62,063 bases of DNA, filler included, from Circinaria calcarea (GCA_051942165.1; 14 parts of 14 records of this genome joined end to end with filler, not necessarily neighbours in it), one strand, 5' to 3'. Positions 1 to 11,625 are shown, numbered from the whole stretch's first letter. The notes: generated by a model from the sequence alone, not told the origin. Program-made: numbers and translations.

Positions 1-1
1 T

Positions 2-652
2 GCAAGTCAAGGTCGTGCGAACAAAGCCGCACCCGGTCCTGGAAAACGTCTCGGAGCCAAGAAATCCGACTCCGAACTCGTTGTCCCCGGTAACATCATC
101 TTCCGCCAACGGGGTACGCATTGGTTTCCGGGGGAGAATTGTGGCATGGGACGCGATCATACGATATTTGCGCTCGAAAAGGGGTATGTGAGATACTATC
201 GGGACCCCGACAAACACAAGGACAGGAAATACATCGGAATAGTGTTTGACAGGGGATGGAGTCTACCGAGGGGAAGAGGGGCGGCCAGGAGGAGGAGGTT
301 GGGATTAGAGGCAAGGGAAATGAGTACAGAAGCAGTTGGAGTGGATACTATAGGAGGAGCCTTTGCTGAAGCCATGGCTGAACAAGGGGCAAATGAGGCA
401 TCGAACGAGGTGGAGACAGCAAGCACAGACATGGCGGCCCGTGCAGGAGCGAAAACATCAGAGCCAAAGCAAAAGCTGGCTTTAAAAGAGGGTTACATGT
501 ATCGAGAATCTAATTGGCAGATTGGTCGGGCAGCAGAGAGGGCGAAAGTCAGGGTACGAGAGTGGAAGGCCGGAAATCGATTCTTGGCGTGGAGGAAAAC
601 AAATGCCAGGAAAGCGAGGAACGCAGAGAAAAGAGGGTTGAGAAGGAAGTAG
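2..652 (+). CDS. MRP7: Mitochondrial ribosomal protein bL27m (5' partial)
   Basis: Frame open from base 2: [69 protein letters not shown], the L27 signature, plus the fungal C-terminal [15 protein letters not shown]; stop TAG 650-652. Confidence 0.95.
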   Translation, partial: ASQGRANKAAPGPGKRLGAKKSDSELVVPGNIIFRQRGTHWFPGENCGMGRDHTIFALEKGYVRYYRDPDKHKDRKYIGIVFDRGWSLPRGRGAARRRRLGLEAREMSTEAVGVDTIGGAFAEAMAEQGANEASNEVETASTDMAARAGAKTSEPKQKLALKEGYMYRESNWQIGRAAERAKVRVREWKAGNRFLAWRKTNARKARNAEKRGLRRK

Positions 653-1205
653 TATCTCAGAATTTGAATGGAGTAACGATGAAGTATCCTACCTTTACTC
701 CTTATATAATATGCTATTCCCTCTTAAGGATTTTACTACCTATCATCAACCAGCGAACTCATTCACAAGCATCGCATTCAGTCCTCGTTGCGTAAACCTT
801 CTGTTGCCTCATCCAGGTTCTCCCTCATAGTATCAAATTTTTGTAGAATCTGGTGTAACCACGTGTGGCAAGGGATATGAGGCCTTAAAACAATCATTAC
901 TTACCTACATCCTTACTAAAAAATAGTGTTTAGTGCACAAGGCCCTGAAACCTAAAATAAAATACGGAACAGGTGGTCAACTAATAATAGAAACTAGGAC
1001 GAGAGGAAAGCATAGACAACAGAAGGGGCGAACCACCAGACCATCAAAAGTAGCGCTATTAGGATTTAAACCGAATTCTGGTGATTTTGGTGCTAAGATA
1101 AATCATTCCCCACAGATTCCCTCACACGATTTTTCTTTAGTGACAATTCTCAGCCTCCAAGTCTCGAAACCTCATGCACCCTTTTTACTCGCTAGAACTG
1201 TAGTC

Positions 1206-2723
1206 ATGACTACCGTGAGCATATTGGCTCTTGGGAGCGGTTTAGTCGCTCGTCCTTGTATAGAATATCTTCTTCGATCTCCCAAGAACCATGTAACTGT
1301 CGGTGTGTATCTTCTCCCCTCTTCTTTGTCTAGATTTGCTCACGAACTTGAAAATTAGCATGCCGAACCTTGCCAACAGCTCGGGCTCTCACTTCTAGTC
1401 TGCCTCGCACAAGAGCCATTTCACTCGACGTCGCTTCATCTGTTGATCTTGACAAGGCTATCGCAGCACATCAACTCGTGATTTCACTGGTTCCATTCAT
1501 CTACCATGCTGCAATTATCAAGTCGGCTATTAAAAGCAAGACTAATGTTGTGACGACGAGCTATGTCTCTCCTGCAATGTTGGAATTAGATGCCGCTGCC
1601 AAGGAAGCTGGCATTGTCGTTCTCAATGAGGTTGGTGTGGATCCAGGAGTCGATCACTTGTATGCTATCAAGACCATTGGTGAGGTACACGCCAAAGGCG
1701 GAAAGGTATGTGAACTTTTTAGTGTTGGAACGTCACGGTACAATCTAATTTTTCGATTGTTAATAGGTCAAAGAGTTTTACTCGTATTGCGGAGGTTTAC
1801 CAGCACCTGAATGTGCAGACAATCCTCTAGGCTTCAAATTTTCCTGGTCTCCACGGGGGGCCATTCTGTCCCAGCGCAATTCCGCATCCTTCATTCTCAA
1901 TGGAAAACAAGTTGACATTGCTGCCGAAGATCTCATGAGTAGAGCGGAGCCATACTTCGTCATGGATGGCTACTCGTTCGTGGCCTATCCGAACCGCAAT
2001 TCGGTTCCATTTCGAGAGTTCTATAACATTCCAGAGGCAGAAACCGTCGTTCGTGGATCGTTGAGGTACAAGAGAAATCCAGAGTTCATAAAGGCTTTCG
2101 CTGATATTGGCTGGTTGGATACAGAGGATAAGGATTGGTTGCAACCCGGCCTGACATGGGCTCAGATCCACCAGAAGATCACTGGTGCTAGCGATACCAG
2201 CGAAAGGTAAGCTCACCCTGTGTGCCTAGCTCGGTAACTTTACCTAATCCCCCTTCTCATCAGCTCGATTGTGTCGTGCATCAACGCGAAGTGCAAGTTT
2301 CCTTCCGAGGCCGAGAGCAATCGCATCATTTCGGGCCTGCGATGCTTCGGTCTCTTCTCCTCCGAGCAAGCCACCATACGAGGCGGGAACCTCCTAGACA
2401 CTCTATGCCGTCAGCTGGAGAGCCTTCTAAGCTTCGAACCAGGGGAGCGTGATCTGGTAATGCTTCAGCATAAGTTTGTTGTTGAATGGACTGATGGCAG
2501 AAAGGTATGTCATCCGTATGCATGGTCCATCCGAGCTTACCAATGTTTCTAGGACACTCTTACATCCACACTTGAACTGTTGGGAGATCCGAAAGGCTAT
2601 TCAGGAATGTCGAGGGCGGTCGGTATGACCTGTGGTATTGCAACTCAGTTGCTGCTTAACGGGCACCGAGCTCTCAGTGTTCCTCAGCCCAGGGGTCTGT
2701 TTATTTATTTAAATTCGTTGTGA
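1206..2723 (+). CDS. Saccharopine dehydrogenase (reductase, Lys9-like), divergent copy, C-terminus apparently truncated
   Basis: Five exons; introns 1303-1358, 1706-1766, 2207-2263 and 2505-2552 splice in frame. Motifs LGSGLVA, VVTTSYVSPAM, NEVGVDPGVDHLYA, YCGGLPAPE..DNPLGFKFSWS, AYPNRNS, ERDLVMLQHKF. After ...NGHRALSVP (2684) the frame reads QPRGLFIYLNSL* instead of the usual GVLAPY-type tail. Confidence 0.85.
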
Positions 2724-3019
2724 AAACCGGCTTTGCCGAAATAAGTATTTAAAAAACCGAATATTATAATTGGAGCCTATGGAGAAGATGGCGGGGAAAT
2801 GACGTTAATCCGGCGCGCTTATTCTTCTATATCTCAGTGATCCCCCGAGTATTCTACCACATATTTTGCACACTTATTACACACGGCATAGATCACACGT
2901 ACGCACATTATTATATGGTATCTCAATAGCAGTCATCATGTATACATTCTGTTTATACCGTGCATACCATTGAAGACGTAGCGCCTTCTTTGCAATACAC
3001 TTCCTTTCTCTAATAGTAT

Positions 3020-3805
3020 TTATCTCCACATTAGCCTAACTGCGACAATAGCCACACCAGCGGTAAAAATCCCCACCCACCTTACCAGCCCCCTTTGTAT
3101 ATGCTTCTTGGCAAATGCATCAACGGTCTCCCCATCATTGATCCTTGGGAACGGCACTCCCTCCGGAACCTCTTTTCCCAGCGCCCTGCACAGCGGCTCC
3201 CACCCGTCCTTCACATTAAAGAACACCAGCTTCTCCTCCGGTACCGTCTCCTTCAACCACGCAATATGTCGATCATATGTGATCTTCGTCGGTGGATCCC
3301 TCTCCCCATACAGCTCGATCCACGCATCGCGCAGCACATTGACATAGTCGACGAAATACCTTAGCGTCGGCAGCGGAAACAGCACAAAGCGCAAGAACCA
3401 TATCGTGGTCGCGTTGCCGAGGCCCTCTATGCTCTTCGCCCACGCCACGGGGTCGCGCACCGTGCATATCACTTTAGCGTCGGGGTACAGCGCCAATAGC
3501 TCTGGTACGAGCAAGGAGGCCGGCGCGTCGGTGGTGGCGGCATAGCCGTCGAGCCGGCTCGCCGTAATGTCCAAGATGAGGCGTTTGTCCTCATCGGTAC
3601 GGGGGGGCCAGTGCGAGAGCACTTTGATCCAGGATTTAATCTCGATTTCGGGGCCAAGGGTGGCTTGCGTGCCGCCGTGGTAGACGGGGCCGTCGAGGAG
3701 GAGTTCTAGTGCGCGGCTGAAGGAGGCGGTTCCTGTGCGGGAGAGACCAGCTCCGATGACTTTGAGTTTGGTGCCGGGCTTGGGAACGGAGGCTTGTTGG
3801 CCCAT
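3020..3805 (-). CDS. P-loop sulfotransferase-like protein (Sulfotransfer_4 type; often annotated NAD-dependent epimerase/dehydratase)
   Basis: Intronless ORF: KVIGAGLSRTGTAS, YHGG, TDAP, PELLALYPDAKVICTVRDP, VKDGWEPLC, PFPRIND and a hydrophobic C-terminal tail; ATG at 3805. Confidence 0.85.
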   Translation of the reverse strand: MGQQASVPKPGTKLKVIGAGLSRTGTASFSRALELLLDGPVYHGGTQATLGPEIEIKSWIKVLSHWPPRTDEDKRLILDITASRLDGYAATTDAPASLLVPELLALYPDAKVICTVRDPVAWAKSIEGLGNATTIWFLRFVLFPLPTLRYFVDYVNVLRDAWIELYGERDPPTKITYDRHIAWLKETVPEEKLVFFNVKDGWEPLCRALGKEVPEGVPFPRINDGETVDAFAKKHIQRGLVRWVGIFTAGVAIVAVRLMWR

Positions 3806-4361
3806 GGTTGAGGATGCTCTGACGGTATAGGCCTTGAAAGGATACTTGGAGCCGAGAGGTAAAGTTTGGGCAAAATCAGTATAATTATTGATTCTTGAGT
3901 GTACGTGGTAGTTTTGGCCCAATTAAGTAAGTGCTAAAGCTGGTGATATAGAATGCATTAAATAAAGGCAATCGGTGAGATTTACACTGCTGACAACGAC
4001 GATACGGTCGAAAAGGCCTAAGGCTCGTATTAAACCCGGAAAACCAGGATCAGGGGTTTTCCCGGCTTACACGAAAATCCATCGAAACATCAACTACCGA
4101 GTTTTCACTGTATAAATCTTTTCCCAAATCACTCCTTAATACGTTAATATGAATCGAGGTTATAATAACATTTTTGAAGTTTTTTTTTTTCGACTTCGCG
4201 TATCCCTTGAACCGTTGCTCAGGTGTTATGGCTATAACATACGAGTGCAACACCGTGGTGATAAGGTGACGGATTAGGTCTAGCGTGGTTTAGCGTTAGC
4301 GAGCCTTGGCGGGTTGCTTATATTCGCGTGTCCCAGACACCTTCAATCCTTATGTTATTCT

Positions 4362-4461
4362 NNNNNNNNNNNNNNNNNNNNNNNNNNNNNNNNNNNNNNN
4401 NNNNNTTAATTAATTAANNNNNNNNNNNNNNNNNNNNNNNNNNNNNNNNNNNNNNNNNNNN
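4362..4461. other. Artificial contig linker (44N-TTAATTAATTAA-44N)
   Basis: Six-frame stop spacer flanked by N runs. Confidence 0.99.
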
Positions 4462-4760
4462 TTGGAATTGGCACCGTATACCTTCCTGCATTCCTTGATC
4501 GTCTCTGGTGGTTGGGATATACCCACTTCAAAACACAACGACCGCCAACTGCTCAGCCTGTCATCTGCTAGCGTAGAGCCAACGTGGACATCAAACTCCG
4601 AGAGTAAGCATTTGCCACGTTCCTCTTTGTATTTTTTGGAACCTGGATGCCAGTGTCGCTGCTTTGCTAGTCGCTTAAACTCTTCCTCAATGCGGGCATC
4701 AGGGTTGGGCGTGAATGCAGCAAAGGAAACAAAGTACGGGGGATTTTTGGCTGCGGGCAT
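4462..4760 (-). CDS. Conserved fungal hypothetical protein (3' partial)
   Basis: MPAAKNPPYFVSFAAFTPNPDARIEEEFKRLAKQRHW...LSSWRSLCFEVGISQPPETIKECRK, followed by a GT donor. Matches the recalled F..LA...W / W..LC...GI...P.SI..C pattern of an uncharacterised fungal family. Confidence 0.7.
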
Positions 4761-5321
4761 ATTGGTAACAAGCAGACTTACGGGTAAAATAAAATTCAAC
4801 GAACAGCTACATGGAGGGGAAAACTTAAGGAGATTTACCGTCAATGAGAAGTGGAAACGTGAAAGACGACAGCAAAGGGGTGTTCTTGGTATTCCGTGCA
4901 CAAGCGGATAGGCACATGAAATGAACGTGGATCGTATTGGACATGTGCAGATCGCTCAGGAGCATGGAGCGGTGTAGACAATGTTTCAAGGGCTACTGAA
5001 AGTGATATGTATCAGCATTTCATCAGGGGTGTGGTCCTATTGGACTATAGTCATGTCTGAGGCTGGAATTTAGGATAGATGCATAGCTTAGATCAAGTGG
5101 TGTATTATATGTCTCAATATACATATAACGATTGTCGAGTTTCGGAAAATCTGTTTAATGGAAAAAAGATAAACAGGGGTAGGCTGGAAATGGGGTCTGA
5201 TCTAGGGGCTTTTGGTAGAAACAGGGCTCTACAAGCGAGACCTTAACAGAGGAGCTTCGCTAGAGGAACTGAGAACCGGAGTATCGTTTCTCATCCACTG
5301 GTGACAAGGATCTTTTAAAAG

Positions 5322-6638
5322 ATGGAGGATAGTGTTGTGCAAGAAGCAGATCTGGAGCTCGATGCTCAATTAATACTCCTCGCTGCCACTAACCACGAGC
5401 TGGAATTGTTACGTACTTTACTCCGGAAAGGCTCAGCGAACGTGCAAGACCCTGACACTGGCTACACACCACTTCATTCTGCAATAGCTGCCTGCGAACT
5501 CTCTTCAGCATCTTCTCCCGTTGCAGCTAATGGAGCATCATTACCCACCACCCTTACAAACGGCCATGGAAGTGAAACAGAAACCAATGAGACAAACTCT
5601 AGGAACTGTGCAGATGAAGTGGAAGCCGCGGCAAAAACCATGAGGCTTCTGTTGCAAAATGGGGCGATTTGGAACGACTTGGACAAGAATAATGAAACAC
5701 CCGGGTGCTTGGCTAGAAGGCTCGGCTTAACAGAGCTGTACGAGATTATGGTAGATGCAGGTGTTAGGGCTGAGATGCTTCTGAATAGACTTGACGGATA
5801 TGAGTTGCTCGGGGATGAAGAGGGTGCAGAGGACGAGGAGAATGAACAGAAAGACTCTACAACCATGGGCAATGAGGACACACAAGAGGACCCGATGGAA
5901 GCTGTAGGTATCAGGGAAGCAACATCGTCAGATAACACATCGATGCAGCAATCATCGGAATCAAACCTCGCAGACGTCAATAGTGAAGATTTTCTGCGTT
6001 CAGACCTGACTTTCTCATCCGATAGACTACTGGACGAAGATAAGAATGGGGTCATGATGGCTTGGGAATCCGACATTATGCAGCGGACTGCAGATCTCCT
6101 GGTGCCTACAGATGGACTACGTATCCTAAACATCGGTCATGGTATGGGCATAATCGATGGCTTCTTCCAAACCAAAGCTCCATCGGCTCACCATATCATC
6201 GAAGCCCACCCGACGGTACTCGCGCAAATGAGGGAAAAGGGATGGCAAGAAAAATCTCAGGTGGTCGTTCATGAAGGAAGATGGCAAGACATTGTACCAA
6301 AGCTGATTGAGGAAGGACATCTGTTTGATGCCATCTACTTCGACACGTTCGCGGAGGACTACAAAGCTCTAAGGGAATTCTTTAGCGAATATGTTATTGG
6401 GCTCCTGGATGATGGTGGGAAATGGGGATTCTTCCATGGACTGGGAGCGGACCGACAAGTTTGTTATGATGTTTACACCAGTGTGCTAGGGATGGACCTA
6501 CTGGAAGCAGGCTATGATGTCGATTGGGAGACATTGACGATAGCCGATCTGGAAAGGGCCGAGCAATGGAAAGGAGTGAGGAGACCGTACTTCGCTGTGG
6601 AGACGTACAAACTGCCCGTGTGCACATTCACTAGCTAA
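5322..6638 (+). CDS. RMT2: Protein arginine N-methyltransferase 2 (type IV)
   Basis: Ankyrin-like N-terminus (TPLHSAI, LLQNGAIWNDLD..NETPGC), AGVRAEMLL, GVMMAWE, LNIGHGMGIID, HHIIEAHP, FDAIYFDTFAEDY, FFHGLGADRQVCYDVY. Confidence 0.96.
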   Translation: MEDSVVQEADLELDAQLILLAATNHELELLRTLLRKGSANVQDPDTGYTPLHSAIAACELSSASSPVAANGASLPTTLTNGHGSETETNETNSRNCADEVEAAAKTMRLLLQNGAIWNDLDKNNETPGCLARRLGLTELYEIMVDAGVRAEMLLNRLDGYELLGDEEGAEDEENEQKDSTTMGNEDTQEDPMEAVGIREATSSDNTSMQQSSESNLADVNSEDFLRSDLTFSSDRLLDEDKNGVMMAWESDIMQRTADLLVPTDGLRILNIGHGMGIIDGFFQTKAPSAHHIIEAHPTVLAQMREKGWQEKSQVVVHEGRWQDIVPKLIEEGHLFDAIYFDTFAEDYKALREFFSEYVIGLLDDGGKWGFFHGLGADRQVCYDVYTSVLGMDLLEAGYDVDWETLTIADLERAEQWKGVRRPYFAVETYKLPVCTFTS

Positions 6639-7031
6639 TGCCAGGTCGGATTTCTCCCCACGAAAGTTCTGAAACCCTATCTACTGGAGGCATGTCTTCA
6701 TATCCATCAGGGAAGCATATCCACTTTGTTGCAATGGGTTCATACGTATCTTACCATCCCACTGCGGGTGCGAGATAGTGTCAGAAACAGCACTCCTCGA
6801 GAGCTTGAACTTGCACCATCATACAGATTTGGAACCAGATTGCACTCAGTCTAATGGCCTCCAGGTGTTTTCCGACGCTCTCTCCAACTTTGTGGCAAAA
6901 ATAGCGATGACGTCTTTTTATCAGCCCCCACCAAGCCACACTTACCCAACAATTGACACATACGCAACTCTTCCTCACAAACCAATATCTCCCGGCAAAT
7001 TGTCGTTAAACTCATGAGATTCAGTTGGGAT

Positions 7032-8274
7032 ATGTCTAGACCGCGACTCGTGCTGACCGCGGAATCTGCGGACTTTGACCAGGTTACAGTTGATAATTGG
7101 AAGGATGAAGGATATCAAGTCGACTACCTACCTTTTCTCGGCAATAAGAAAGAGTACGTTAGACACTTGAACCAGTTAGCCGATCCGCTGGAACTTGGCG
7201 AGAAATATGCCATAGTAGGTCTGCTTGCTCGCCTACCCTATAGTGGAGTCCTGTTTTCCTCGCGGGAATGGGCAACTGATAGGTAGCGAGATAGCGTACG
7301 GTGATGCCGCTGCAATAGTTCTGGAATTTGCTGTCAAACCTACCCCCAAGCTCTGTGCTTTGGTGGCTTATTATCCTACTGCACTCCCTCATGTAGGCGC
7401 CGGTTTCCCGCCTAGCCTTAACGTCGTGGTCCACTTGGCTGGTTCTCAAGGGATGGGACCCAAGTATCATTCATACGCATACCCGCACGCGGAGATGGGT
7501 TTCGCCGAGGAGGATCTTGAGACCTATGACAAGGTTTCGGCAAACTTGGCATGGACTAGATCGCTGGCAGCTGTGAGAAAAGGCTTCGGGATTGAGGTGA
7601 ATCTCGAGAGAGTGTGGGAAGAGCACCTTGCTTGTGAGTATCAGCTTCCATATCGCTGAGATCTCCCTTTTTCGGCGTTGGGATATTGAGTATCATCTAC
7701 TCTAGTAGAGTTCTCCACCAAAGACGTTGATGGAACAATGGCCACAATGGTTCCCTCACCCTATGTCAATCACGTTCCTACCCTAACTGGAGGCATTGGA
7801 CATGATGACTTGAAACGATTCTATCGGGACTTCTTCATTCACTGCAACCCACCGACAATGAAGATGCGCCTTTTATCTAGGACAATTGGCACAGACCGAG
7901 TTGTGGATGAGATGTATTGCACCTTTCGCCATACGCAAGAGATCCCTTGGATGCTACCAGGTATCGAAGCAACGGATAAAGAGGTAGCAGTTGCCATCGT
8001 GGCTATAGTATGCGTTCGAGGTGGTAAGCTCTACCACGAGCATATCTATTGGTAAGCTCTCCAGGGATCGTGTAGGAGTCTTTCTTCTGCGCTAATGGGT
8101 GAGATACAAAGGGACCAAGCAACGGTCCTTGTGCAGATTGGGCTCTTGGATCCAAAGCTTGCGCCGAATGGGAATTTTGCTGCGACAAGACTACCGGTGG
8201 TAGGTGTTGAGAGCGCGAGAAAGGTTTTAGACGAGAAGAGCGTGGAAAGCAATCAACTTATTCAAGACTGGTGA
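7032..8274 (+). CDS. Dienelactone hydrolase-like / SnoaL-like domain protein (carboxymethylenebutenolidase family)
   Basis: Introns approx. 7219-7294, 7634-7704 and 8052-8111. Motifs LVAYYP, GFAEEDL.TYDKVSANLAWTRSL, PYVNHVPTLTGGIG, SRTIGTDRVVDEM, KLYHEHIYWDQATVLVQIGLLDP. Start uncertain (7014, 7032 or 6907). Confidence 0.88.
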
Positions 8275-8822
8275 ACCCAATGTCCGGTTGCTCTTTTGCT
8301 GTTTCGCAGCATGTTGGTAGAGGCAAGAACTCCTATTCACAGAAGCGTCGTCACAGCGTGGTGACTTGCCAGTGGCCAGCTTCACATATATCGGTCCACA
8401 GAAAAGGAGAGGAACAGTGGATCAAAGTCCAAGATTGCTTAATATCCAAGCTCCGCAGCTCAGACGAGCTTGATCCTCGTCTTAAGATGTTATCCCAAGT
8501 ACTTCGTACACGGATGTTTGTATACCTTATCTATCCATTGTCCTATGATGACATTGCTTGTCCAGGAACCTGGACTCTCCTGCTCTGTTGCACCGCATTA
8601 CTGTAGCATGATCTGTCGCATCGCATCGCATCTTTGTCACCTTATCATCTTTGCAGGTGCCAACGTGTTTGTCCACAGTCTCCTTATACAGACGTGGAAT
8701 TGAAATAGCAAAGAAACCGTCCTACTCAGCTTTCCACCTTCCCCTCCCCCCCTCTTTTTCCTCTCCTCTCCTCCATTCTAACTAACACCTCCATTCCCCT
8801 ATTTCCCCCAGCCCAACTTAAC

Positions 8823-8922
8823 NNNNNNNNNNNNNNNNNNNNNNNNNNNNNNNNNNNNNNNNNNNNTTAATTAATTAANNNNNNNNNNNNNNNNNNNNNN
8901 NNNNNNNNNNNNNNNNNNNNNN
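8823..8922. other. Artificial contig linker
   Basis: 44N-TTAATTAATTAA-44N. Confidence 0.99.
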
Positions 8923-10005
8923 CCCCCTTGTTCTCTCCCCTTCCCCTTCCCTTCGCCAGCCTCGCTATCATCCCTTTCATTATCAATCTTTATAGCATCA
9001 GCATTTTGGTTTGATCCCAAACCAACAAAATCGTTAGCATCAAGGTTTTCTATCTCAGTCTCCTTCACCTGTGGCTGTGACTCAACAGGCTCCGGAAAGT
9101 TAAGACTCTCATACCCGCCCTTCCTCGCTGTTTCTTCCTTCCCACCTCTGTCCATTAGAGTAGTTGGTGGCTCCACTATAGTCGTATCCGATGCTTCCGG
9201 CTTTTCTACCTCATTTGAATGACGTTTGGCAGGGATCGATGAGCTGATAAAGTTGAATGGCTTAAAAGCTGCTGCGCGCAGCTTCTTCTTGTCTCCCGAT
9301 GTGTAATCAGTCTTTGAGACCTTCAATTTACGCGCCATTTGGGCTTTCGCGACCGCTGTCCAGGCGCCGTATTTGATGTGGATATCGGTGTCGTTGTTTC
9401 TGCTTTGCCCCATGACCCGCTCTTGAGTCAATCTAATAGCCTTGGAAAGAATCATATCGTTATCAAGGTCTTTAACAACTTATTCACCGGAGCTTTTTCG
9501 GGATCTCATGCTCATTTAACAAATCGACCATCTGCTGAGCCATTTCCTGGTTTCCAGCCTTGGCGGCAATCTCAATTAAGGATTTGCTTAGCTGGCGGCC
9601 TTCCTTATAACCGTCATGGCTATTTTTGATCCGCTTCCGTCATACCAGCGCAATCCATTTCTGGCCGCAGCGCAAGGCCACACGGGCCCAGGCCTGGATT
9701 TCGGTAGATGAGCTTTTCCCAGCCGTGAGTATGGCAACGACAGAACACGCCTCCTGGGAATTCATTCCCACACCGCTCACGTCAAACATACCCACTAGGA
9801 TCTCGAGGTCACTAGAGGGGTTGGAAGAGGTAAAGGTAGTAAAAGAGAGAAAGAGGGATGGCTTATAATTTCGCCGGGAGGAGTACTCCGTTCGATTATC
9901 CTTTGATGTAATCGCCTTGGCAGCATGGTTATCCCAGCCGCAGCTAGGTGACATTAGAAGCTTCATTCTGCTTTGTGGAAGTATCTGCCTATCTGGAAAC
10001 TGCAT
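8923..10005 (-). pseudogene. Decayed SNF2-type (SF2) helicase, C-terminal domain and charged tail
   Basis: LEILVGMFDVSGVGMNSQEACSVVAIL...STEIQAWARVALRCGQ resembles HELICc motifs V/VI. In-frame TGA at 9640-9642, then RKRIKNSHDGY; frame change near 9500 into ORF 8923-9455. Confidence 0.65.
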
Positions 10006-10402
10006 AGGCTTTCTATTTGAGCGATATCACTTATAATCGATATCGAACTATCTGATCGCCTTTCTTGCGTGATTGTCCCTTCGACAGCTCTATCATATGG
10101 CGGCATTCTATAATCTGCCGCGTACGTTCTGCGTAAATATGCACTGCTCTTGATCCTATAGCTTTATTTACTAGAAGCGGCTCTCTGTCCTCCGTAGTTG
10201 GCCGTAGCTTTTGAGATTAGCTCAGGTAGCGTTAGTATATATTGGCCGGGAGGACGTCTTCAACGCCAAACACCGGATTCGGGTTTGTTAATTTAACTAA
10301 GTAGAATCCGAAACAGCAAGTAAGAAGACTTCTGGCGTCGAGCTTCACATACCCATATGCTTGGTATATATTAAAGACGATAAATTATTCTCATTCACAA
10401 CA

Positions 10403-10733
10403 TCACCCCTTAGGCTCTCGAGCAGTAGTAAAGGCCGGACAGCTTTGCTTATGAGTGGTAACAGTTAGTCGAGAGGCGCTGAATACTCCGCAACGAATAC
10501 ATGTCCTCATTATCGACAAGCTTTCCGGCGCAGTTACGCGATTCAATTTGGCATACGGTACCCTCTCATAGGCTAGTGATTCCAGAAGTGCTTTGATCTT
10601 ATCCTGTGAATCAATACCCATATGGGTTTCGTAGACATGCCTGATAAATAAATGCTGCCGCGTTGGCGAAGGTTATAGTGGGCGCACAGTGGAAGCAGGT
10701 TGTGTCTTCGACGAATAGTATCCGGCTAGCCAT
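10403..10733 (-). pseudogene. Small two-zinc-finger gene (C2H2 + C2HC) broken by a 4-bp duplication
   Basis: MASRILFVEDTTCFHCAPTITFANAAAF[4-bp dup at ~10644-10651]IRHVYETHMGID...TCIRCGVFSASRLTVTTHKQSC; preceded by a GCTGAC...TTAG acceptor-like signal. Confidence 0.55.
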
Positions 10734-11625
10734 CTAAGAAAATGTCAGCAGAGAATCGAGGTCCATATCATAGAACTGAAGTCTAACAATCGTTGAATGG
10801 ACGCAGGCAGGCTGGTGCCATTTGTGCGATGTAAGTATACGATCCGCCTTCAAATCTTACCTTTATAAATAGTCTCATATTGAACTGTGTTTTGTTATAG
10901 CTCTTAATAATAGCCTAATCGAGTCGGCTTGCTTCTATGCAAGCACGCATAGATAGTTTAACAATTCTCCTTCTCATCTTATATACCCACCGCAGAATAG
11001 AGTGAATAAGTTGCTCTAGTTTCTCGAGAATCTCTTCAACTCATGTCCGACTTCTGCCACAAAACCCGGAGCATCAGCCGCCAGAGATATAGCCCCCGAG
11101 TACCTCAGAATTTCTTGCCCAGCTGATTGCTTTAATAAGTTCGAACCGTTTATACACCAAGGAAGAATTATCCGCGTATCTCTTATGTACCCTTAGGTAC
11201 CGCCGGTGGTCCTCGATTATTGCTCGGTTTCCTCGTCTGGGAACAAGAACATGCTTCTTGTAAGGCCGTAGGATACTTTACTTGTAAAGTATCTAAAGCT
11301 AAGGTATGTGGTAATGTGAGGCATGAGCAATACGATGGCTATACGCAGTGTATGCGAGAACTAATCATTACAGAGGAAGAAGTGTGCGAGTGAAAGGTTT
11401 TCACTATACGCCAAGACGCCAACTAAACGAGGTATCGCCACCCCCTAACCGTAGAGCCTGACACTTCTATATTCAACTGGCCATATTATACGATATAGTC
11501 GTTAAAAACGGTGCCAATTGGGGTTCCAGAATATTATTCTGAATTAGAAGAATACTGATTGCAAACCAATAAATATTTGTGGCTATCCTGAGTGACCAGT
11601 GTTTATTCCAGAATTCTCGTACCGT

